From Geosiphon pyriformis uo1 (taxonomy: Eukaryota > Fungi > Glomeromycota): a DNA stretch of 64,000 nt. Each line of letters opens with the position of its first letter. Positions within the stretch are counted from its first letter, which is position 1. Made by a program: the position numbers and the translations under genes. Shown here piece after piece: positions 1 through 12,700 of this stretch. The DNA is taken from NCBI GenBank assembly GCA_016748015.1, contig JAAOMT010000771.1, forward strand, positions 4,443-68,442. Reading direction: 5' to 3'. The notes below the pieces were generated by a model. The model was given only the letters and a program-made list of their open reading frames with translations, was not told the DNA's origin and made no database searches.

Positions 1-774
1 AATTATATTTTTATACTAATTAATTTTAAAGTTAATATTTTAATAATTATTTTAAGTTTAGATTTATTGCATAAAAAAATAAATTAAACAGATTAACTTT
101 TAATATTATATTAACAAAAAACAATATATACTTAATTAATTTAAATTTTAATTATATTTTTTGCAATTAAATATTTTTTTAATTAACAAACTTAGAGATA
201 TTTTTTAATGTTTTAAATTATTTTTAATAAAGTATTGCTTATTAAAAATTATCTATTTGACAAAATTTATCTCAATTTTAAATTAAAGTATATAAATATA
301 AAATTTATAAAAAACAAGACTATAATATTCGAATTTATTTATAATAAAATGTTTTTTAATTATAAAATATTATAAATTACTTAAAATATAATATAAAATT
401 AAATATATAATCTAATTTTAATTTTATATAAAAAAAAGTTATTTTTTATTTTAATTAAACTAATATAATATTATATTATTACTAATGATTTTTTTTACTT
501 CTTTTGTTGTTGTTGTTTTATTAATATATTAATAATATAACTTTTAATAAGTTAATGAATTTTTTTTAAAGTATTCTTTATACTTTAAAAACTATTTATG
601 TTGTTGAACTTATGATATAATAATTAATTTTGTACTAATTATTTTTTGTAATTACTTTGTATTAAAAGTTAATTTTTTTGTAAAAATTTTTTTATTACAG
701 GCTTTTTTAATAGATTATGTAATATAGTTAAAAAACCATATTATAAAAAAAATACTCTTTGTCTTCTTAATTTT

Positions 775-3700
775 ATGACCATAACCAAAGCAAAGAGTAA
801 AAAAGCTGTACTTAATATTTTTCCTAAGATATCTAATAAAATTTCAACCAAAAAAGTTTTTTCTGTTGTAGAAGCAACCAAACAAACTATTTTAGAAGTC
901 TTTCCTATACCTAATAATCATGAAAAGCTGCCTTTAGTAGTTACTGTTACAGATGATTATTTGAGGTGTTAATATAAATAACAAATCTATAATTTGGTGC
1001 TCAATAGCTAATATGATTGGTAATATTTAAAGATTTTAATATCTGAAGATTTTTTGTTGAATCTTTTGTATAATAAACAGAGATTTAATAGTAGTTTTAT
1101 CTGTAGCTTCTTGAAATCACAATTTTATTAATTTTTTTCTCAGCATAATAGCTGGTATTCCTTCTAATAAGCTATTTTCAATCCTTAAGTGTTCTACCCT
1201 TATTCCTAGGTCTTTTATCAGTCACTTTATCTTGATGTCAATAACTCAACACTTAATCTTTAATTAATTAGTAAACAACAAAACAAAAATAAATAAAATA
1301 AAATAAGAAAAAAAACTAAGCCAAGGCAATTTTTAAAGAATTAGTATTTTGTTAATAGCCATAATCAAGAGCTATTGATCCAGTGTAGTTAAGTATTGGC
1401 AGCTTTTAATATGAAGTATTAATAGTAGAGAAATTGATTACAATTTTTTTTAATTAATTTGATAATAGCATAGATTGGATAGTAATAAAAATTTTTTATT
1501 AATATTTGATAATTGCACTTTAGTTGATAATAATTATCTTTGAAGTAATTACTTTTAGAGATAAGAAGAAATTTTTAACTAAAAAATCTTGGTCTTGATT
1601 CTGTCTTTTTTGGTTTTAATACTATTGCTATATATATATAAATCTCATTATATGAGATTCTTTGAATTCTGAAATTTTGGAATTCTGCAATTTCTTATAA
1701 GAAAATTCTGTAATTCTGGAACTCTGCAATTTTTTGAAAAGAATTTTGGATTTTTTTTTACTATGTCTATCTTTGATTGGCTAATTTATATACTAATACA
1801 TATTCTTAGATTCTATAAGTAATACCACTAAAACAATTTCTTCATCTTTGGCTGGTCTTTTATCAATCAAAGTTTTTTTAAAAAAACATATTTGAGTTAG
1901 TTCTAGTGTTGTCTCCACTTCAACTAAGAGCCCAAAAGTTTTTAATAATAGAACAGTAAATAAGCTGATCTTTTTTTTTATAGCTTTAATATCTGGTGCT
2001 ACTAATACCACCTCTTCAAAAAAGATGATTAAAAAGACTAAAAGTTCTGAAAAGTAGAAGCAGTCATTTGTCTCTGCTATTGTTACACCAAATTTTTTTG
2101 TGGTTTTTAATAAGATTTCTGTTGTATTATTTGACATGTCATCTAAAATAGGCCAGATTAACCACTGGCTGTATTGTCAAATATGATATCTTCTGACAGA
2201 TTTTTATTGATTTTAGAAACAAAACAACCATTTCTTGTGAAGTTATCTGTTCTTGAAAACTGGGGTAACCAGATAGAAACTGAATCATTTTCTCCTCTGG
2301 TTTCTGGTGCTGCTTTTGGTGATACTTGAAAAATTATTACTAGTTAGCAAAAGTTTGCTGAATGAGTGGTTTTTACTCTGGTGCTTAGTGCTACTTTTAA
2401 GATTAAATTGGTTTATATTAAGGCTGTTTTTCAGTCTGTGCATGGTTTTTTGAGTGCCAAATCAGTTTTAAAGAACAATATAAAGCTTTTTTGTGTGGAG
2501 TTTGCTTCCCAAAATTCTTTAGATGCTGTATTTTTAGTTGAGCTTACAGGCTCTGTTTGTTTGACTACTCTCAAAATTACTAAATTTTTGGTAGTTTTTA
2601 AGTCTAGTTCCCTTTTTGCTGCTGTTGTGCTACATGATATGTTTTTGAATATGTTTGCTATTGATATTAAGATTATTACTTATGTTGTACTAAAGTCAGC
2701 TGGTATTTGGCAATATGTAATGGTTCATTTGAAAAGTTGGACTTTGTTGTATTTGTATTGAATTATTGGTCAGTTTTAATGGACAAAGATAGTGTTAAAA
2801 TTCTCCTTTTGGTGAATTAAAATAAAACTATTCTGTTTCATGATAAGTTTAAAACCAAACTGGTCAATCTTCTCTTTGGCTGTATAGCCTTTAAAATCAG
2901 TAATATAATTTTTTAAATTAGTGATTATACATGTTTCATTCTTTATTCTTTTAATTCTGGTCATTGTTCTTAATTTGTTCTGATTATATTTGAATTGCAA
3001 GAAAATTTAAATGTTACTGTGGTCAAAACTGATACACTAAAAAAGTGCTATATTTAGTAAGAAACTTCTGGTTTTTGGTGCTGTTTTAGGTGTCAAAAAG
3101 TGGGCCATTTAGTGATAGATTACAAGGTGTTTCCATTTTTTTCTCCTAAAACTCCTAAGGTGTTTATTTCATACTTTGTAAGTTCTAAGTTTTATGCTAA
3201 AGTTTTTGCTCTTTTGAGCTCCTTTGAATTTTTATTTTTGGCATTTTTTGCTTTTTTTTTCATGGTTGTTGGTAATTCTTTGGTCTTCTCTTGGCTAGTA
3301 TCTCTAAAATCCGATTTGAATAAGTTGTCAGCTTTGATCAAATCAATTGTCAAGTCTGTTAGTATATTGGTTACTGTGTTTAAGCAGTTTATTAAGAAGA
3401 ATTTGGCTTTAAGCAGTGTTTTTAGTCTTAAAGTGAATAAGTTTATGGTTTATCTAAGTTTTTTTAGCAAAGTTGTAAATAAGTTGGAAAGAGAGGTGGT
3501 TTTATTGAAAAAAAAGTGCTGCATAGAAAATGTCAATATGTCTGATAATTTAAATCTTTTAATTAGCATTAGTGATGATATATTTTCTAATTTAATGTCT
3601 CTTTAGACACATAAGCCTAATAGTGTTAAAACTAATCTCTTAAAAACAGCTAAATGATTGGTTGAATTGGTTTCTAATAGTGTTTAATTATTTGATATAA

Positions 3701-3883
3701 TTCAGAAAATATTGGCTTTGGGTAAGTTTACTTCCATAGTAATAATATAGTATATCCTTGATTGATCTAAATGGCTGGTTATATGTAAAAAGTACATGAT
3801 TAGCATTTAGTTTAGATTACTTAGTTTGATATATTATATTAGGTAGCTTTTGAGCTTTGTTTATTAAATATAATAAAAAAAAA
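775..3883 (+). mobile_element. Degenerate non-LTR (LINE) ORF1-only element (HAL1-like), interrupted by a solo LTR
   Basis: ORF fragments 775-944, 1825-2340, 2366-2761 (RRM-like FCVEFASQ) and 3100-3606 (coiled-coil-like). Decayed CX2CX4HX4C knuckle at about 3082-3123 (C-F-R-C-Q-K-V-G-H-L-V-I-D-Y). Ends in a 3' UTR (ttaggtag...) and an A-tract at about 3875-3883, with no APE/RT following. Confidence 0.65.
945..1824 (-). repeat. Solo LTR of the element B/C Gypsy family
   Basis: Reverse complement matches the LTR at 19006-19920 (start tattacttatagaa, gaattccagaatt repeats, end atcatctgtaaca). Flanks ttac/ccac are a mutated 4-bp TSD; removing the LTR restores the reading KLPLV(A)TKTISSSLAG. Confidence 0.9.
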
Positions 3884-4169
3884 CTATGTAATTATTTTGC
3901 TATAAAAGTCAATTTTTCTACAGTATTTTTTAATTATAAAGTCTTAATAATTTATAATAAATTAAAAAAAAATAAAAAACATAATTTTGATAATAATTAA
4001 AGATAATTTGTTGCATAAATTCTGTTTAAACTTAAGTAAAAAAACTAATAAATTATTGAAATTAATAGCTAGCTAACTTAAAATATTAATTTTGAATATT
4101 ATAAAAATTCAAAAGAATATTTAAAAATTTTTGGGTTTTTTAAAAAAATATTTTTATTTTTTTTGTTTA

Positions 4170-4925
4170 NNNNNNNNNNNNNNNNNNNNNNNNNNNNNNN
4201 NNNNNNNNNNNNNNNNNNNNNNNNNNNNNNNNNNNNNNNNNNNNNNNNNNNNNNNNNNNNNNNNNNNNNNNNNNNNNNNNNNNNNNNNNNNNNNNNNNNN
4301 NNNNNNNNNNNNNNNNNNNNNNNNNNNNNNNNNNNNNNNNNNNNNNNNNNNNNNNNNNNNNNNNNNNNNNNNNNNNNNNNNNNNNNNNNNNNNNNNNNNN
4401 NNNNNNNNNNNNNNNNNNNNNNNNNNNNNNNNNNNNNNNNNNNNNNNNNNNNNNNNNNNNNNNNNNNNNNNNNNNNNNNNNNNNNNNNNNNNNNNNNNNN
4501 NNNNNNNNNNNNNNNNNNNNNNNNNNNNNNNNNNNNNNNNNNNNNNNNNNNNNNNNNNNNNNNNNNNNNNNNNNNNNNNNNNNNNNNNNNNNNNNNNNNN
4601 NNNNNNNNNNNNNNNNNNNNNNNNNNNNNNNNNNNNNNNNNNNNNNNNNNNNNNNNNNNNNNNNNNNNNNNNNNNNNNNNNNNNNNNNNNNNNNNNNNNN
4701 NNNNNNNNNNNNNNNNNNNNNNNNNNNNNNNNNNNNNNNNNNNNNNNNNNNNNNNNNNNNNNNNNNNNNNNNNNNNNNNNNNNNNNNNNNNNNNNNNNNN
4801 NNNNNNNNNNNNNNNNNNNNNNNNNNNNNNNNNNNNNNNNNNNNNNNNNNNNNNNNNNNNNNNNNNNNNNNNNNNNNNNNNNNNNNNNNNNNNNNNNNNN
4901 NNNNNNNNNNNNNNNNNNNNNNNNN
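4170..4925. other. Assembly gap (756 N)
   Basis: Run of N. Confidence 1.
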
Positions 4926-5431
4926 AAAAATTTAAATTATATGTTTTAAAAATAATATTAATAAATATTAACACAATATACTAAAATAAATAGAACTTAA
5001 TATTTTAACATCTTAATTTTATAAATATACTTGTAACAATAAAATATTATTTATCTTTTTCTAAACAAATTTTTAATTACATATAATATTAATGTAAATT
5101 TGTTTAAATAAATATTCACTAATTTTTATTATAAAACAATATGCATAATTTATATATAAACAAAAAAAAACTTCTATTCTTGTTAAGCAAAAAGTCTAAA
5201 ACTGGCATATTTTTTTAAACATTTCATACTTCATCAAATCTGAATTTAGCCAGTCTTTTTACTTTGTCAAAAAAATTCTCAATAATGTAATAAGACTACT
5301 TACTAATCAAGAATAAAGAAAAGTTTCATTTGCTCACATTTTATTTTTATTAATAATATTGTAGCGTCCTAAAACTACATATACATACATTAACAAATAA
5401 AGATCAAGTCACCAAATACGTTACTTATAGC

Positions 5432-7494
5432 TCAAATTGAAACAATCCATGGGTGTTGTAGCGCTGCATCTGCTCCCAGCATCTTTTTTTTTAATTTACT
5501 TATAAAGTCCTTTCCATCATCAGAAGACACCGTATTAAGCCGTTCTAATAACTTGCCTAATTGATACATGTCCGAAAGAGTTGTGTAGGTATTATTCTCA
5601 TCACACGTGCCATCATCCCAGTCTGTCAATAAGCTGTCAAATTTTTCGTTTATTTTACCTCCATGCTCGAAATCAATAAGAACATATTCGTAGCCTTGAG
5701 AATTATTCGAATCGTAAATAATATTCGATGAACGAATGTCGCGATGGACGAAATCTTTTTCATGAAGTGTCTTCAATCCAGTTAGCAAACTGCGCGTCAT
5801 CACTCGTGTTGTTTCCTCGTTTTTCGGTGAGCGTTCAAGGCCACGTGTCTTCAGTTTGACTGTATATCTCCCTGGACCTTTCCGATTGGCTTTAAAGGAT
5901 GGTGCTTTGAAGATCTGAACGAGTCCGTGATGACCTTTGGCAAGCTCGTACATGTCCTTTAATGTATCAACACGTTTGCAGTCCTTCTCTAAGCCATAGA
6001 GTTCACTCTCCGGAACAACTTTCTCGACATGGTCTTCAAAGAAAGTAATTGTAGAATGTCCGAGGTCCAGTGACTTACCGAGAGGGATTACTTTAGCAGG
6101 GAAGGCATTCTTTGTGATCATGGTTTTAAGGATACGAACAATATTGATGCATATCTTGATAGATGTGTATCGAGCTTTGAGATCATACAGGTAAAGTTCT
6201 GTGGACAGTGGAACCAACGTCTTGCTGGGACCATCAATTGCATAAAAGCACATAATGTCCTTTGCTACAGCAAAACAAATTAAAAATTGAATATTCCCGA
6301 AATATAATGGATCGAGCTTGCTAAACTTGGATATGAGCTCTTCTTTGGCAGTTTCAAGATCGATTCGTGCAGCCTTCTCTTCATTTTTTATCACTACTAC
6401 ATCTTTAACATATCCAAGAAGATCAGGTCTAGTCTTTTTTATTGTCGCTGGATTGCTTTTTTGATTTCGTTGTATATCTCCTTAGAAAACAAAGTGTAAA
6501 ATTAATGTTAGACATAGAAACAAAAACTAATAAACACCAAGAACAGAATACAAAATGAAAACATACTTCTCAGTCGCGTTACGGGAAAATTCGATTTGAA
6601 AATTAGAGTTACTGCAAAGTATCCCAGGGGACGTGTGATTAAAATATCCACACACGTAACCAGCTCTATTTCGGTTTTAATTTGGGTAAACATCGTCTCA
6701 GAGAGGGCAGCCTTGATCACAATTGCTAATTCACTCGCCCTATCTATTTCATCATAATAGATACAGTCATCAAGTTCTCGCAACTGGCATTTGTCAAAAT
6801 AAGATAATAATGTCAATTATGAATAGATTAAGAACAGCTAATATGAAAGTCAACGTCATACTTTTCCTAAGTCCGAGTATAAACACACGGGAAGCTTTGC
6901 AAGAAGAGGCGTATTAATGAGGTCCACCAACTGGTCAGCATGAGTTGGCATAATATCAAATGGCTGAATGAGGTTTTCACATAGAAACTTAGTCTTGTCG
7001 CGCTCTATTGTTCAAATTGTTAAAAACTGGGGAGGCTATCAACATTAACGTATAAATCTGTGTTAAAATGTACAATACCGCTGCGTGGTCTTTTTGGAGG
7101 ACGCTCGAGTTCTGCAAGTGAAACAACATTCAAGAACGTTGAAGTTGCGAGTGCAACACTCATGAGTCAGTCATTACCCAAAGTCATAAACTCTGTCCCC
7201 AACGTTCAAGTCACAAGTCACGAAGTCGTTACCTATCTTAGTTATTTCCATCAAAGCATTTTGTAATTTTTGCATCTGCACCTCCCATCTATCTTTACTC
7301 GTTTTTAGCTCCTTCACTTCTTCTTCTAGCTCTTCCTTTTCTTCTATCCATGCCTCCTTTTCATCACTGTCCGTCCACTTTTTACCTCTCAACTTCTTCT
7401 TTAATTCACTTAACCTATCTAGCTTCTCCACGCATCTCTCATAATGGGTCGTAGCCACCTCTAATTGACGTTTAATATCTTCAACGCTCGCCAT
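5432..7494 (-). CDS. Crinkler-like protein: N-terminal coiled-coil header, PD-(D/E)xK restriction-endonuclease-like domain and protein kinase. 5 exons (7494-7233, 7111-7079, 7004-6862, 6783-6567, 6480-5432), about 567 aa
   Basis: GT-AG introns with consistent phases give one open frame. Nuclease motif RPDLLGYVKDVVVIKNEEK; kinase motifs VHRDIRSSNI, LIDFEHG, SDMYQLG and ALQHPWI. CpG-rich, no stops. Confidence 0.85.
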
Positions 7495-9756
7495 GGTGTT
7501 TTGCGTGTTTGTTATGGTTTGGGAAGATATGGCCTAATATATGTTTGGTTCGTGTCAATGACGTTTCAGATCTTTGATTTATCAGTATAATTTACTATTT
7601 AGGTAACAAACCCGCCTTTGTTAAATTACAACAATAATCAGAGTTTTTACTCTATAATACAATTGTTTTTTAATAATTATTGTATTGTGCGATATTCATT
7701 AAATTATTTTTGTTTTGTTAAAATAACATTCTTATTGTTTTATATATTTAATATTGAATAAAATTCGTTTCATAATTTTAAAATAAAAATAATTGTAAGT
7801 TTTAAAATTGGAAAATTAAATATATTTTTAATATTATTTTGCATATATATATGTAATTTTATATTAATTTTAAACTTATAAAATAAAAGTTTATATATTT
7901 AATTTATAAATAAAACAAATTTAATAATGTTATTTTTTATGTATTAATTAATTATAATTTAATTAAAACTTAAAATATATAACAAAAATATTATTTACAC
8001 ATTTTTTATATATAACCAATAATTTAAACTTATATTAAGCTATATAAATTAAAAAAACTATTTGTTTTTATTTTATTTATGTTTTTAGCAACTTTTATTT
8101 AAATACTAATTTAATTTTTATTTAAACATTATATATTTAAGTTTTAATACTTTATTATTACTTTTATATTAATACTTTATATTTTTACAAAAATTATTAA
8201 TTAATTATTTTATTTTTATTAAATAAATTTATTATTTTTTATTATTTAAAAAACATATATTATAGTTTTTATAAATTTTTAAACAATAAAACAATAATAT
8301 TAATAAAATTTTTAATTTAAAAAATTTTTTAATATTTAATTTTAAATAAAACTATTTTTAAAAAAGTAAAAAAACAGTTTTTAAAAAAAAATTCTGTTTT
8401 GTTATATTTCTATTACTATTTAACAAGATAATAATTTTTTTGACTTAAATTTAATAGCTATTATTAATAATACTATAATTAAAAAAAGGCAATAAATAGA
8501 ACTATTTATGGTTTTATAAATAATATTTTTACATAAATTTAAAGTTTTGGTTAAAAATATTAAAAACTTAGATAATAAAATAAATTTAATTTTAAAAATA
8601 ATTTTAGATAATATTTGTATTAAATAATTTAAAAACTGATTTTTCAAAAAGATAAATTTTTTTTTAAATCTTAATATTAATTAAAAACCAAATAATAAAA
8701 ATAAAACTTTTTTATACTTTTAATCAAATATTTTAAACCTAAAAAAATAAATACAAATAAAATTAATAGTTTTTTTATTTTATATTTTATTGCTTTAAAT
8801 TTTAAATATTAATTTGTTAATAATTATTAAAAAATTATTAGATTTATATTATCTTTAAAAAAAAATTGCAAAAAATTATAACATTAATTAAAAATAAAAA
8901 AATCTAAATAAACAATAATCTTGAAAAACAAAAAATATATTTAAATTAAGTTATAATTTTCAAAAAAAAATTCATAAATATTTTTAAAAAAATAATTATT
9001 TTAGTTTTATTTAAATTTAATAAAATTATATTAATCTAATAATAATTGATTAAACTATAATAAAAAGCTATAATAAAATTTGTTAAATTTAATTAGATTA
9101 ATTTATTGGCTTTAAAATATTTTTTTTAATTAATAAAAATTTTATATATATAATTAAGACTAATAATTAGACAATATAAAAACAAAAAAATAAATTTAAA
9201 ATTGTATTGTTTTTTTGTTTATGTATATTATTGTTTATAATAATCTTTTAAATAAATCTAAAAAAATTTACATTATAAATTATATATATTATTATAAAAT
9301 ATAATATATAATTATTTATTTTAAGAATAAAAAAATTTGAATTAAATTTATTATATTATTTGTGTTTTTAGTAAAAATTATAAATATTTTAAATATTTTA
9401 AATTAAAATATAATTTACTTAAAAAATTTTTAATAAATTCTAAAAATATATGTTTTTTAAATTAATTAGTCTTATTTTGTTAATTTTTATGTTAAAAAAA
9501 ATGTTTTATTTTTTATATAATCATTTATAATAGTAAATTATAAATTTAAATAGTTGTTTTTGGCCAAATTTTTGGTTAAAATATATTTTATTTAATGTTT
9601 TTTTTTAATTTATTTTTTAATTTAATTTAAAAAATATTTATATGTAATATTAAAAGTATAAAAAATATTGTTAAGTAATTAATATTAATAAATAATATAA
9701 AAATAATTAAAATTTAATTATTATTTTTATTATTATTTTTTATTAGAAGTTTTATG

Positions 9757-12700
9757 AATACAGTCCAATCACTACCTAAATATATAGATTATCATAATTT
9801 AAATTAAGCATGACTCATGTTTTTTTTACACATAACCAGCCACTAGAACCAATTAAAGCAGCACTATACACCTAAATTTTCCACCACATGGATATTGCAC
9901 AGAAAGCCAAAATTTGATCTGATTAGACATGAATGCAACCCAAAACACACATAGATACCAACCCTAAAACTGAAATTCCGGATTACTCCAGTAGATTACA
10001 AAGAAGATAAACCAGACATTAAAGGAATAAATGATCCATCATGTAGCAAGAGATTATATTTTTTATAATAGGCTTTTAATTTAGTCACTGACAGCCAAAT
10101 AGCAGACCTGTGACTCTTAGCAAAATAAAGAATAAAATTGACAACCAATGTACCCCCATCAGAGTCAGTAATGGCCCAATGTGTCAACCACCCAACTTTT
10201 CAGCACAAAACCCTTAGCCAGCACTGTGTACAAATCCATAAAAGAAACAGCCTCATTCAGTGAATTAACAACTGCATTCTCATTGGCAAAAGTGTTCAAT
10301 AACACATTCCACTCCAAAGTAGTATTAAACAATAAAGTAGCTCTAATATTGACATCATAATCACAAGAGAAAATATGATCAGAATTCTCCACTAAACCAC
10401 ACTGAATACAGGTGACACTTGGATAATTCAGATTATACATTTTTTTTCTTTTGGCCACAGATAAACAATGATAAAACACTTTTATGAAGTATAACCAAAG
10501 TGTTGCTAACACAGTACTAGTGTAACCAGATCTGATTTTGTCATTAGGATGCCAAACACAAAAGGTTCTGGCTTTATCAAAATAGTTACTGAGATCTACA
10601 CTAATGACACTACCAACACATCTGGCCTTCCAACCAACAGAATAAACAGTATTGAATAATTTTTTGACAACATGACAAGTATTCTCAAAAACAGGTCTGC
10701 CTTCAAGAACAAAAAAGTGATAATATACCTCAATAGACAAAAAAGACTTAGAAGTGACAGCTGCATTAGCAAAGAAATCAGCACATTCATTTCCAACAAC
10801 ACCAAAATGGCCTTTGATCTTATTTCATGTAACTGACAAACCTTTTTTTGCAATAACATAGTGAATATGTTTCTTTTCAATCCAGCATTTATTGCGAAAG
10901 TCAGGACCAGTTATATCACTGGCAGATTTACATAAGTCCAACAAAGCTTGGCTGTTTATATACAAGTCAACCAATTAAGAAGTGGGTACACACTTTAAAG
11001 CAAGTGCAATGGCCTGTATTTCCACTAGAGTTGACAACAGCAATCCATTCACTTTAATCCTAACACTAGCATTCACATCTGGAAAATAGGTGGCAGCACT
11101 ACCATAAGCATGTAATGAACCCAAATTTTTGATGGAACCATCTGTGTAGATAGTTATAGAGCTCATCCCAGAATTCAGCAAACACTCACTAACATAATTA
11201 AAATCACAAGGAAAGTTGACAGAAATAGAATGAGAAAACAACATCACACTATTTGACAAGCCACCTTCAATGATAAATTTGATCAAAGAAGCAAACCAGA
11301 CAGGAACTGGGCCTTTAAAGTCCAGCTTCTTCCACCTGCGAAAAGTATTCTATGTAAAACACTTGTCATAACAGTCCAGAAGCTGGTTTGCAAACACCAC
11401 ACTGTATCTTTTAAGAGACTTTGCTATGCCCAAATAAGACTCAAAACTGAGCACATTCAAGACTGCAATACTATTTCTGGTCCGAAAAACATTAGACAGA
11501 TTACTGCCCAATAATAGGTTGCACAATTTGAGAGCACATGTTGTGCCAGCCAAAAAGCAATTTACAGGATTGACCAACAACTTAATCAGAAATTTAAGAG
11601 GGTGCCAGGGCATCCAGTTAGTGGCCTGCAATTTCATGGCTTTGTGTTTGAATAATTCACCAAGGATTTTATCAGCATTAGCAAATTTAACCAGGCCAGC
11701 CAGCAGATTCTCAGCCAATATTTGCTCAAAAATTTTTAAACCATATAACTCTGGATAATACAAAGCTTCATTTGGAAAATCCTTGGGCAGATTGGCCTTG
11801 AGTTTCAAATGCTTTCTCAATATTTTGTTTCACTTCTCATATACATTCTTGGAAATATAGTTGAACTGCAATCTATATCCAATTATGGACTGCAGAACAG
11901 CAGAAACCAAATATAGAAACTGCTTCTTAGTGATGACTTTTCTTAAAACCACATTTGTAAAAAACTTAATATTAGAATAAGCTTTGGTCAAACTTGGCTT
12001 AGACAGGCCATCTATAAAAAAAAAATTCCTAAGTACCAGTAGGACTCTTTTTTTTGGCAATAGAAATTTTAGAACCACTAATAGACAATGAAACCTCTTT
12101 AGCCTCTTGATTAATAGGAATAGCAACCATTTTGTTTGTGTTAATAGCAATGTTATTGATCAAAAAAAAATTACTTGCAATGTCTAAAATGTGCTGCGTA
12201 GCCGCCAGGTAGTTTCCAACCCAAATAGTATTATCTACAAAGGCACTAGCTGCAAAAAAAAAAGTTTTGTTACTCTTAGGATCAGCTCTACCAGTCCTAG
12301 TAAAAATTTTCAAATTCAATTTATATCTACACAATTGCTCATGTTTTTTGATCTCACAAAGCAGAGGATCATAGAAAATTTTCCACAGCAATAGTGAGAA
12401 AACTTTCTCTTGATCTAACTCATCATAAACAGTATATTCGTTAGTGAGTCCAAAGTCTGTCATTACTCAGTTGGTCTGACTATTGTGTATGTTCCCAAAA
12501 AATTTAATAAAATGGGGACACATCTTAATCTTAACTAAACTATTCCACAAATGGGGCCATCTGATTGAGTCATAAGCTTTTTGCATATCTTAAAGTATTA
12601 GCCACAGCTTCCTATTTTTTTTAAGTACATCCTCAATGATAAAGCTGATGGTAAAAATTGAAGTTTGAGTAGATATACCCTTTAAAACTAAGAAATTATT

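Noticed and set aside
4099-4984. Three long ORFs in the ORF track
   Set aside because: They are artefacts of translating the N gap.
5178-5275. Possible small inverted-repeat element downstream of the kinase gene
   Set aside because: The arms match only loosely (actggc/gccagt core) and no TSD is discernible.
6723-7266. Plus-strand ORFs 6723-6917 and 7060-7266
   Set aside because: Antisense to exons and introns of the kinase gene.
8420-8647. 75-aa ORF in an AT desert (likewise 50661-50879 and 53800-54009)
   Set aside because: Low-complexity F/I/K/L/N composition expected by chance in AT-rich DNA.
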